Shown here: in pieces, positions 36,101 to 43,707 of the stretch | How the letters are laid out: each line of letters starts with the position of its first letter | Position numbering within the stretch: the stretch's first letter is position 1 | Virus record (IMG/VR): IMGVR_UViG_3300028908_000010 | Coordinates: 1 to 60,947 of that record | Length of the DNA: 60,947 nt | Reading direction: 5' to 3' (one strand) | From: a virus | Lineage: Duplodnaviria > Caudoviricetes | The notes under the pieces: model-generated | The model's database searches: none | What the model was told of the DNA's origin: nothing | Seen by the model: the letters and a program-made list of their open reading frames with translations, nothing else | Translations under genes and position numbers: made by a program

Positions 36101-39017
36101 CAGACAATTCTTCTTCAGTCCTGAGATATTTTGGAGAAGTAACTGGCTTCATTGCATTTTTAGTCAAAGCCACATATTCAGTAAACTCAGGATTTTTCTT
36201 ATCAACACCATAAATAGCATCATACCCATGCTCCCTTGCCAAGACAGCACCATATGCTTCTAATAACTCATGAGCATCATGGTATTGCTTCCAATTAATA
36301 TTAGAGTATTTCTTAGAAAGAAACTCTATAAGCTCTTTTTTAGACATAGAAACAAGATGATCATATTCTTTTTCACCAACAAAATGTATAAGTGCCCCTA
36401 TGCCCGCAGGTTGTCCAACTACACCCTCTCTATTACGGGGACTTTTTACAAATTTAGTTGTATCAACTTCTAAAACCTTTGCTCTTGGATTACGAAGCCA
36501 ATAATAAGTTTTTCCGCCCAGATATTCATGGGGGGATTTATATTTCATAGGAGTTGTGTATATACCATGAGGTTTATCAAAAGATGCTCTCCCCACACCT
36601 GGTTCTTCTATTCTCTGGACAGCCAATCTTTCAAAATCTTCTTTTGGTATTTTATCTGGCTCAGTATTGTATAAAGCCCAATCTTTGTCCTTCTCTTTAA
36701 GGGAAAGCACTTCCGCAGGCTTCTTCTCCCCCAGTTTCTTTAATTCAGTCTCAAGATGAATTTTAAACATTTTTTTAATAATGGGATCGTCAAAAGCAGA
36801 ATCTTTATCTATGATTGTAAGCAGAGTTTTTATCTGAGCTTTTGTTAATGGTCGTTTTTCACTTAGAGCACGCAATAGTTCTTGTATTTTCTTGGATTTT
36901 ATCTTAGGCATAATATCTTTAGCAAGGGTATAGACAGAAAGTTTGGATAGATCCCGTTTAGTATTATCAACTAATTTTACTACCATTACTCTTTCTGCTG
37001 GCTCTCGAAAAGTAGCTTGAGGGTCATCTTTTAAATGATTGGGATGAATCTCAAATAGTTCCCCACCATTTAAAACTCTCACAATCTTTCCCTTGACAGG
37101 GGATGCTCCCTTTTTTTGTGATGCTTCTGGTGGTTGGACTATAACCTCAGTGCCATAATATCTTGTTTCATCTTCGGCTGGAATATTCTTAAAAACCTCT
37201 GTAGCAGGTTTTAATTCTTCAGACTTTTGTTGTGTTTCCCCAACTAATCCATAGCCTTTCTCCTTTGTTTTCTTCCCCTTCAACTCCTTTATTTTTACAA
37301 CAGGATAAATTATTTGCCCTGTCTTATTATCTTCAATGAGAGACTCTCCCCCTTTCCCTTTCTTTTTCCGTATTGTAATATTCCCCCTTTCAATTCCTTC
37401 ACCAGCAAGGAATACTTTGGCTTTCGGAGAAAGTTTAGATATATCTTGTGTCCTATATCCAAGCTCTCTTAATTGCTCATCCAAGGACTTTTCTTCAGTA
37501 ACTTTTGCATCTGGTTTAGACTGTTCAGGAATTAGAGGTTCTTCTTCTTTCGTCTCAATAGGAGACCCTTCTACTAAAGGCTTTTTGATATTAGTTATAG
37601 TTAGCTTTTTCCCGTCCCATCTGGCTTCTTTATCCGAAAGATGGGCAACTACATCCCCTTTTTTTGTAAAGGTAACTTTTTCCCTGGGGATTCCCTCTTC
37701 AAGGACTAAAACAGCTAATGGAGTGCCCTTGATTTTTTCTATATCTTGGAGACGTTTAAACCCCAGTTCTTTGAGTCTTTCTTCTATGGGCTTCTTCTCA
37801 GTAGAAGACTCTTCCTCTTGTGGTGCACGCCCCTCTTTGATTCTTTCAAGTTGCTGTTCAGCATAATTTTTTAGAAATGGCTTTAACTCAAAGGGAATCA
37901 AACTCCCATCCCCAGAAGCTGAAGCTTCATAACTCAAAATCCTTGCTTCCATATCATTGAGAGGAATATCATTTCTCACTTTATCAAGGACTTTCCTCAA
38001 ACGTAATATACGGTCATATCTTAACTGATCTTCAGCTTTTAACTTTTCTCGTCTAAGACTGTTCTTTGTCCATTCAAGCACATTGACCAGATCATTAATA
38101 CCTGCCTTTGTTACTTGCTCAACATCTGGAATTGCTCCTTGTATTTTGGGTTTGCCCTTTTTTAACCCCTCTAATACAGATGGTTTACGTAATAGAGCCT
38201 GCCCCCCAAATCCAAGACCACCTGTCAATAAGGTCTGCCCGAGCGTGACCAATGTAGTTTCTACAGCATCATCTATAAAATCTTGAAGGGTCTTATGCTG
38301 TTTTAGAGTTAGCATATCTGCAATATCTTCAACAAGAGTATTAATATTTTCACCTATTAGCTCCCCACCCATGAATTTAAGTAAACGCCTTATTAAAGGC
38401 CTTTTAATATCTTCAAACATAGCATGGTAAGGAATTACCTCTGTAACTGCTTCAGAGATTCCAGTTGGAATAGCACTTCTTAACGCTTGCTTATGCCCAA
38501 AACCTGCTTGTCTTGTTTGAGTATATTTCTCACCACCACTTGTAACCCCAAACATAGGAAGCAAAGGAACTCCTGTAAACTCTGATAATGCCGCTTGAGA
38601 CAGACTATTCAGAGTAGATTGAATTATACCATATGCCAAACGTTTAGCTTTGCTCTTCCCTACCTTAGGAGTATAAAAATTTTGGATTTCTTGTGCCCAA
38701 TCCCTTAATTCTTTACTCTTTATACCAAGGCTTTCTGTTAAGGCAGAAATAGCTCCAACAGCTCCTGTTACAGGAGATGATAAACCACTACCAACTGCTT
38801 TCAAGAGAATATTCTTCCAACTTTCTTCCGTTTGAGGATTGATAGCTAATCGTGGAGCTTGTGGAACAGACATCCCAGTCGAAAGAGTAGGAAGTGCTTT
38901 TTTGGGTTTAGATAATGACAAATCTTTTTCACTTGGTAAATTAAGCTCCCCTTTCTCAGGGAGACCAAGCATACGCCTTGTTAATATATCCGCCAAGTAT
39001 TCATCTTTAATTACCAT
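30129..39017 (-). CDS. Giant polyvalent internal virion/ejection protein (ART-like, zincin and PLxRFG-like regions)
   Basis: 2962 aa, last gene of the morphogenesis operon; GIYTT...GYDAI...EYVAL; LHEAIH...EEFLA; FLWFMGG...E..NR...THY C-terminal pattern. Confidence 0.75.
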   Translation of the reverse strand: MVIKDEYLADILTRRMLGLPEKGELNLPSEKDLSLSKPKKALPTLSTGMSVPQAPRLAINPQTEESWKNILLKAVGSGLSSPVTGAVGAISALTESLGIKSKELRDWAQEIQNFYTPKVGKSKAKRLAYGIIQSTLNSLSQAALSEFTGVPLLPMFGVTSGGEKYTQTRQAGFGHKQALRSAIPTGISEAVTEVIPYHAMFEDIKRPLIRRLLKFMGGELIGENINTLVEDIADMLTLKQHKTLQDFIDDAVETTLVTLGQTLLTGGLGFGGQALLRKPSVLEGLKKGKPKIQGAIPDVEQVTKAGINDLVNVLEWTKNSLRREKLKAEDQLRYDRILRLRKVLDKVRNDIPLNDMEARILSYEASASGDGSLIPFELKPFLKNYAEQQLERIKEGRAPQEEESSTEKKPIEERLKELGFKRLQDIEKIKGTPLAVLVLEEGIPREKVTFTKKGDVVAHLSDKEARWDGKKLTITNIKKPLVEGSPIETKEEEPLIPEQSKPDAKVTEEKSLDEQLRELGYRTQDISKLSPKAKVFLAGEGIERGNITIRKKKGKGGESLIEDNKTGQIIYPVVKIKELKGKKTKEKGYGLVGETQQKSEELKPATEVFKNIPAEDETRYYGTEVIVQPPEASQKKGASPVKGKIVRVLNGGELFEIHPNHLKDDPQATFREPAERVMVVKLVDNTKRDLSKLSVYTLAKDIMPKIKSKKIQELLRALSEKRPLTKAQIKTLLTIIDKDSAFDDPIIKKMFKIHLETELKKLGEKKPAEVLSLKEKDKDWALYNTEPDKIPKEDFERLAVQRIEEPGVGRASFDKPHGIYTTPMKYKSPHEYLGGKTYYWLRNPRAKVLEVDTTKFVKSPRNREGVVGQPAGIGALIHFVGEKEYDHLVSMSKKELIEFLSKKYSNINWKQYHDAHELLEAYGAVLAREHGYDAIYGVDKKNPEFTEYVALTKNAMKPVTSPKYLRTEEELSEDTIATLKKKGFSDFQIEKLTPTSAREIIENKYTPEEISVLPSGEIKVFERQQTLPEEIVDTLEDRGFSREEVKNLPIEHAMKIIHNNWYPDDIDSITEAGIKLKSKEKTPLVIINYTDKNRNAGETFNPQFGTLPYKIRKVSKGQWAVYIEEPLELASGKEVEAYQELGRFKTIDEVKNFISDLLKEGTVPLFDFNKPVYTKKGERIPKSELEKQKEENEVDKYANKVSNIDDALKKLKGMQKPRYDKFKRPSLIPGEKEKTSLKDISKAKDTPTKRWAMFKSGVKGVYSDEDKLKLVYSRFEPYWTKATSVGGKYHILNMGNTEFVKKAFKEGYIKDEERSEYDFIISAKEYINGTNFKDYISKGLITKKEAESRIQFFEKFPEKVLKFETELSTGWKDIFTALALKNLYNDDPLDSPHIASLIHDTLFSEKPLFPSEILFSPTTRTESGVITRVSYGLAYAVINRAIENDTKLEFYSLKDVYDRLLKYALGVYISALEGDVNSPLMREIIDAGLSEKQARQLVERSPHYKAYLDALNDIWDNWIMGNMGLYRVDTPLGTMAGLFKWVWDLLKSDVYFEDSKTGKWLKQELKKNILPAIKKFINIGTVIRRVSTDVKHVILFQELSKRLEDAINKYVAGEINIENTQHLLARRWNIIINKYLEGNHKILAKAVAGHEFLSTMKLYRPSDDTTNRYGHSPEAIKDFIATKPSAYETLLFISKWSNSGMTRSIAQELLNLPYVQTALYHVPVEFNPDLSLLKAHGQFDPGGDIFGKITIAPDTLPNELEITALHEAIHASTYYALNFSENSDKFKAQIANISEEVKSLLTKEEVKLGQDLYKKAKQGSMLSRNDIINNAIKKDSVLAEHIRKYGRDTWIEFLQSLYSPEEFLATSMSHPIVRSFLLETKKKSLWQKIVDYIRNLLRLPTSDERLFFKTFNTLLDIVEDADIKHVVSFRKAYNLTIPPELLRPAFDAQSQAKNNIIEEYKPYTLSKMKHYISTFINQVKNAPPQLKDISIIKRLIGMAYWVARENSTFRPLFDHLVGVMENKNFTLQSLLQKGNLYFAQVTDTQRKAIDSAIILSDALNIKLSKKHLSNLPSIVKKLRATFNMMYLIYKTEPKAGRQKAKQRQALLQQLNKETGLNLPIDYSQPQHVIRMKHFFDYCDNFNITFLPIVEETAKDAYYNYNDVTTSTLNHVADVFLDMVSKTIIKQDLKRRGQQVTDRLLVGLSNAVTAVLQNPALLNKYSKEARKALQQLVSDVQDHPLYEKYNKMKTILEKVSFYTPRYRDQDASKMIVVVDKTKFEKAFRTALRQTNNVKAKALQLAYNEVARENGVYLRKHYKRIDPNYAPDLEKIQKIFRDKDYFAIYTLPNYKLAESVYGNITEGDIGAFLSSLAEKTKTRSVDEDSLAKILDEIVGNIREELMARSKAEQRIMRRSPYLVLGYDTDNIKENTFNYVNGATNYMARLQALVEGLPKLNLIDPYQQRRLRDYAHQWFFNQLKPQAKFDRYINKLKSYMFLWFMGGVLRPAIVQSTQMYISTAPMMHIIYDIPMKKALSLLNKAYYQILRHKDIITNPYLTKDEKEFLQITYNNGVTTAQFINQMRDEVAGKGETFIELSKALTTPFAYMEESNRLATALAVYRYLKEENPGISFRSKEAITEATNLINMTHYLMGKINLPIFATGQGVASGLARLALTFTSFTTNLLASYNYMLRHYGRGGKIWGLNKKGLEFVGYSFLAFSLFGGLLSIPFLDDLIQIFERLTGKPLRKMFLRKLGGADSPIAISVERGLPALLLGLDLSGSLKIGIPKSPSELFDFIFGVYGGLTKSVVDSLVAMEGYNTINSIYRILPQVIASPLRAIQAYRGIKNPYGKPVYDENGKPLKTDLQESLLLAMGLRPAKLGKTYLYKSVARNVESYFNKKRQDIYVAYRTAKTSAQRYKVLKMIMEYNKEASKYTSIPRITLRSLKSAMKPLRSKLAEELRLRGY

Positions 39018-39907
39018 CCTAATGCCCCCATAACAGGAGATAAACGTCTAACTAAAAGCTGACTAATTGCAGGATCAGTTTGCCCCAGTTCCCCCAATAT
39101 TTTTAAAGCTGTAGTATTAAGTGACTGCCTTTGTTTCATTAATGATTGAAAAAGGTTTGTTTGCCTTTTATATGCTTCTGTCTCAGCAGAGCTCAACGCT
39201 TGTCCTACACCCAGAAGAGCCTTCTGCTTTAAATTGTAGATTTCTGGAAGAGCAGTAAGCATAGTTTTTATAGGAGCTGTCTCCAATGCTGTCGCAGAGG
39301 TAAGCAGACTGGGCACAACTGGTGAAGGAGTAACTGTCTCACGTGTAGAATACACTAAATTAGAGTAAGCTGGTAAAATAGATTGTAATGCTCTTCGAGC
39401 ATACTTGGCTCGCAAAACAGATTTCCATGATAAATCAGTTGGAAGTGCCTGATGAACTAAATCAGTTATACTATTCTCTAAAGCAGAAACTACTGGCTGA
39501 TTCCAATATCCTACACCAGTTCTTGAAACCAAAGGAAGGGCAGACATTAAATTATATAACTTTTGAGCTTGGGCTTGGTTGGTTTTTTTGTATTCTTTTG
39601 ATAGAGAACCCAACGCTGAACTTAATTGAGTAGAAATCCCAAGAGCTTCTGTTAAATAGGGATTTAATGCTCCTGTTGTCTCTCCTCCAACAGTAGACCT
39701 TAACATAGTTAAAATTTGAGATTTTACCTGATTGTATTTCTCCTTAGTAACAGGAGTCTTTACCAAAGGAACAGATTTGTCTGGTGGTGGGTTATCATTT
39801 CCTGAAAGAGCAGAATAGAGAAGAGTTCCTGCCATAGGAATCCAACCATACCTTTTTGTTAAACCCCAAAGTGTCCTAAGAATATCAATAACTCCTAAAC
39901 CTCCCAT
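39011..39907 (-). CDS. Putative internal virion protein
   Basis: Helical, hydrophobic N-terminus, precedes the giant gene. Confidence 0.55.
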   Translation of the reverse strand: MGGLGVIDILRTLWGLTKRYGWIPMAGTLLYSALSGNDNPPPDKSVPLVKTPVTKEKYNQVKSQILTMLRSTVGGETTGALNPYLTEALGISTQLSSALGSLSKEYKKTNQAQAQKLYNLMSALPLVSRTGVGYWNQPVVSALENSITDLVHQALPTDLSWKSVLRAKYARRALQSILPAYSNLVYSTRETVTPSPVVPSLLTSATALETAPIKTMLTALPEIYNLKQKALLGVGQALSSAETEAYKRQTNLFQSLMKQRQSLNTTALKILGELGQTDPAISQLLVRRLSPVMGALGW

Positions 39908-39916
39908 TAATGCCTC

Positions 39917-41755
39917 CTAAGCATTCGTTATTAACTCATACAGTCCATTAGAAACTGCATCTATTGATGTATGTAAGCCATTTGAGAGAGATGCCAATGG
40001 ACTAAATGCCAACATGGACACTCTTTCAGAAAAATTATCTATCATATTCTGGCTTGCCCGTATATAGGAAGTATGTCGCAATGCTTTCTGTATAAAAGTA
40101 TTGTATGCGTTTAGTAATAATCGAGACCTTTCTGTATTCAGCCTGACTGCAAGTCGGTATTTTGCAAGCTCCTGATCCAGCCATTTATTGAATTCATATC
40201 TGAATCGCATAATATCTGTTTCAAGTAAAGAAGTATGCAGATCTTGGACATCTTTTAACAATGATGCTTTTTCTGTTGTGTATCCCTGCTTTAGTCTTTC
40301 TACGTCCATATCCAGCCTACCCTCTTCTATTATAGAAGATAATTTCTCTCTACGCAAATTATAAAGCTGTTTAGCATTATTAACTGCCCTTGAAAATAAT
40401 TCTATTTTAGCTTGATTCAGAGAAAGTCTATTTTTGGATATAGACACTTGTGATTCTGCATTAGCTACACGAGCCTCAAAAGACCTGACATCCTCAGAAT
40501 ACTTAGAAACTATAGATTTAAGAATATTCATTTGTTCAAGATACATCTGCCAACGACTATCATTTTTAGAAAGAACAGTATCAATATATTGGAGATTTGT
40601 GTTCGCCTTCTGCAAGATTAATTTATAGTAATTAGACATGGTATCTTTATATAGAGTATTATAAGTAACAACCATAGTAGAGAGAGTTTCCCACAATCCT
40701 GCCAGCAAAATCTCTTTTTCGTATAACCTTGATAACTCCATAAACATCTTTCCAAGATAGAGCATTACATAATTCTGAGAAACATCCCACAAGGATAGCA
40801 CTGTAGAAACAAGAGTTTCCTCAAATTTATCAAGCTCCGATTCAAGATCTATTATTAATTTCTTCAATTGGTCTTCTTTATCTCTATCAGTGAAAACATT
40901 TTCACTAAAGAAATCTTCAGATACCTGACCATCAAGGAGGTTTTTAGCCTGATTATACAATTTGCTGAGTTTACTCTTTAGAGATTGGGGAGCACCTTCC
41001 AAAAACCTAAGATACACAGGATCAACATGGGTTTTAACCTTTTCATTTAAAATGAAATTCATTTTATCTTGAGCCTGACGGGATCGCTCATAAGGAGATT
41101 GAGTCTTCAACAAATTGATCAAAGTCAAATATAAAGTAACAATTTCGTCTATCCTTGATCTATGACCAATAATCAATTTCTGAAGGTAGAACTGATAATT
41201 CAAATTATTGTTTAAGATATTTTCGATTTCATCGAATAAAGGTTTAGCTTCCAACTCAGAAATCCCCACAAGATCTTTCATTTGAAAAGGAATAGAAAAC
41301 ATAGCAGGAGCATCCACATTATCAAATTCGGGAATGGTTACGTTATCAGGTATATTCAATGAAGGAGTATCTATATTTTGTAGAGATTCTGGAATCCCAG
41401 GAATAGGAATATCTTGTAAAGTCTGAGAAACCGAATCCAAACTGGGAGGATCAATAACAATATCTTGGATAAGAGAATCTATTTCTTCTATATATTTAGT
41501 AATATCAAAATTCTTGATTTCTCTCTCTGGGAGAGTTTCTTCTGGGATTTCATCTATCCCTGAAACAGAATGCTCTTTTGGGAGATCAGGAACAGGAAGA
41601 GGCTGGTTTGCAAAATCTGGGGGAGAAGATGCAGTAATAATAAGATCTCCTCGATTTCTCACTTCTTCCACAAATCGAGCAATACTGTTAGTCGTATTTT
41701 GGGATTCTGCAAGAATTGTGTCTATTCTTTTGCTTATCATATCAGTTACATCCAT
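39917..41755 (-). CDS. Putative virion protein (Pro/acidic N-region, coiled-coil)
   Basis: 612 aa, architecture like the neighbouring 650-aa protein. Confidence 0.55.
   Translation of the reverse strand: MDVTDMISKRIDTILAESQNTTNSIARFVEEVRNRGDLIITASSPPDFANQPLPVPDLPKEHSVSGIDEIPEETLPEREIKNFDITKYIEEIDSLIQDIVIDPPSLDSVSQTLQDIPIPGIPESLQNIDTPSLNIPDNVTIPEFDNVDAPAMFSIPFQMKDLVGISELEAKPLFDEIENILNNNLNYQFYLQKLIIGHRSRIDEIVTLYLTLINLLKTQSPYERSRQAQDKMNFILNEKVKTHVDPVYLRFLEGAPQSLKSKLSKLYNQAKNLLDGQVSEDFFSENVFTDRDKEDQLKKLIIDLESELDKFEETLVSTVLSLWDVSQNYVMLYLGKMFMELSRLYEKEILLAGLWETLSTMVVTYNTLYKDTMSNYYKLILQKANTNLQYIDTVLSKNDSRWQMYLEQMNILKSIVSKYSEDVRSFEARVANAESQVSISKNRLSLNQAKIELFSRAVNNAKQLYNLRREKLSSIIEEGRLDMDVERLKQGYTTEKASLLKDVQDLHTSLLETDIMRFRYEFNKWLDQELAKYRLAVRLNTERSRLLLNAYNTFIQKALRHTSYIRASQNMIDNFSERVSMLAFSPLASLSNGLHTSIDAVSNGLYELITNA
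40891..40904. promoter_or_regulatory. Palindrome variant TGAAAACATTTTCA
   Basis: Flanked AG...CT, intragenic. Confidence 0.65.
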
Positions 41756-43707
41756 TACTGCTCCTCCATAATTCTATTAGTAATGGATACTATTGTGTGG
41801 GCAGAAGACAGAACCCCTCGAATCTGCTTCTCATAATAATCTCCCAGAGTATTGTATTTGGTAGATTCTTTACTTAAACGATTATGCAAGTGCATTAGAG
41901 CAAGATCAAATGCTCTTTCTGTATCATAAAGAATTTTTCTCATCATAAGCCTATAATCATAACTTTCTGATTCTATTCTATTTCCCAGTAGAGAGAGCCA
42001 TGTCCCTCTGATCCGTTGCTCTCCTTCAGCTTCAACAGCAAATTTTGATAGTTGAGCCTTCAAATTAGAAATTTGAGTCAACAGATCAGAATATGGTTGG
42101 CTAAATTTATATTTTCGTAATATGCTCTCAAGATAATTAACATAGAGTTGTAAAATCTGAAGTTTAGCACGTTGGGAGTTATTTATAAATCCAAGTTTTG
42201 ATTCCAGCAAATTCATACCAATAAAATCCTGCATAGAGGCAAGGACATCATTCTTGCTTTCTAACAAGACTTGATCATTCTTTATGGATTCAAACCTTGC
42301 CTGTTGTTGTAACACTGCCCCTTTCAATTGGTAAAGACGAACATTTAACAAATCCTGATTTAGTTTTCCCGATAGTCTTCTAATATCCTGAACAAATAAT
42401 CTCATCTTTTCTTGTATATGTTTCAATTCAAGAATGAAAGTTTCTTTGTCCAGAATTTGCTTCTCAAGAGAGAATGCTTGGTTACTAATCCACTGCTGTA
42501 TATATGCTTTACAAGCAGTTAATTCAGTCTTAGCCAATCCAATTGCAGTTCGCAATTTCTCAAGATTAAGTCTAATAGTCTTATCAACTGCATTTAATCT
42601 TTCGCCAATTTGTTTAATCTGAAAATTATATAGACGTGTAGTCATATCCACAAGAGAATAGTAGGATACAAGAATGTAAGAAGAGAGAGCCTTATATAAC
42701 TCTGTTTTATTTTCCACCATCTTCCAAACCCGCTCTCCATAAGTCCTTAAAATCTTTGTCTTTTGTTGGGCAAGTTCAGCTTCATTCTGGATTCTATGAA
42801 CAGTAATATCATAGAAAGTCCTGCCATCCATTACATCATCAGAAAACCCACGATTCCAGCTATCCCCCATAATAGCATCAAGTTCCCTTTCCATCTTGAG
42901 AGTCTTCAAATAAGAAATGGGAGCAACCCGAACTATTTGGTCAGAAAAATCAGCAAGAGCCTTAACAAATTCTTCAGAAAAAACATAGGAATCAAGAGAT
43001 TCTCCTCTGAAAACGTTTTCAATTTGAGAAAGATTAATCTCCTTTAAAAAAGGGGTTAATATGCCTTTCGTTTCTTCCCAGCGACTCAAATCCTTCATAA
43101 AGGGAATAGAAGAAAAGTTGAAGTCAAAATCAGTAGAAACTTCTATACTTTGAGACATATCATTAAGATAGCCCTGCACCACCTCGAACATAGATGTTAT
43201 GTATTGTAATAATTCCTGGATACTGTATCTTTCTTTAGAAACTTGTTTTTCTTCAAAAGAAGAAATGATAGGAACTGCTATTTCTAGAATAGAAGGTAAT
43301 GAAGGAATATTCAACAAAGAAACATCTGGGTAAGAAGGAGAATTTATATCTGTATCTATATTATAAGATCCACTGGATTCAATTGAAGGAATATCTGGGA
43401 GTTGACTGGAAATGGAATCAAATAGAGTATCTATAGCCTGCCTCAAAGAAGTTATCATGGATTTATAATCTTCAGTTTGTGTCTTGAAATCTGGCAAATC
43501 CTGATCCATCCAAGGCAGATTCTTGAGTTCATTTAAAGTGTCAGAAAAATGCTCATACCATGAAATTTGATCGTCCTCTTCTGGAAAGGTAAAATTGTCT
43601 ATGAGAGTCTGATTTACTCCTTCAGCAAAGGACATCACATCCTGGCTGAGGGTAGATATATTGTTAGTTATAGTATTATAGTAAGCCACTAACTCTTCTA
43701 CTGTCAT
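41755..43707 (-). CDS. Putative virion protein (Pro/acidic N-region, coiled-coil)
   Basis: 650 aa, structural operon. Confidence 0.55.
   Translation of the reverse strand: MTVEELVAYYNTITNNISTLSQDVMSFAEGVNQTLIDNFTFPEEDDQISWYEHFSDTLNELKNLPWMDQDLPDFKTQTEDYKSMITSLRQAIDTLFDSISSQLPDIPSIESSGSYNIDTDINSPSYPDVSLLNIPSLPSILEIAVPIISSFEEKQVSKERYSIQELLQYITSMFEVVQGYLNDMSQSIEVSTDFDFNFSSIPFMKDLSRWEETKGILTPFLKEINLSQIENVFRGESLDSYVFSEEFVKALADFSDQIVRVAPISYLKTLKMERELDAIMGDSWNRGFSDDVMDGRTFYDITVHRIQNEAELAQQKTKILRTYGERVWKMVENKTELYKALSSYILVSYYSLVDMTTRLYNFQIKQIGERLNAVDKTIRLNLEKLRTAIGLAKTELTACKAYIQQWISNQAFSLEKQILDKETFILELKHIQEKMRLFVQDIRRLSGKLNQDLLNVRLYQLKGAVLQQQARFESIKNDQVLLESKNDVLASMQDFIGMNLLESKLGFINNSQRAKLQILQLYVNYLESILRKYKFSQPYSDLLTQISNLKAQLSKFAVEAEGEQRIRGTWLSLLGNRIESESYDYRLMMRKILYDTERAFDLALMHLHNRLSKESTKYNTLGDYYEKQIRGVLSSAHTIVSITNRIMEEQ
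43008..43021. promoter_or_regulatory. Dispersed palindrome TGAAAACGTTTTCA
   Basis: Exact copy, intragenic. Confidence 0.85.

Noticed and set aside
30129-39017. Giant gene as virion RNA polymerase or tape measure protein
   Set aside because: No polymerase catalytic motifs or tape-measure periodicity recognised; no tail tube or sheath genes evident
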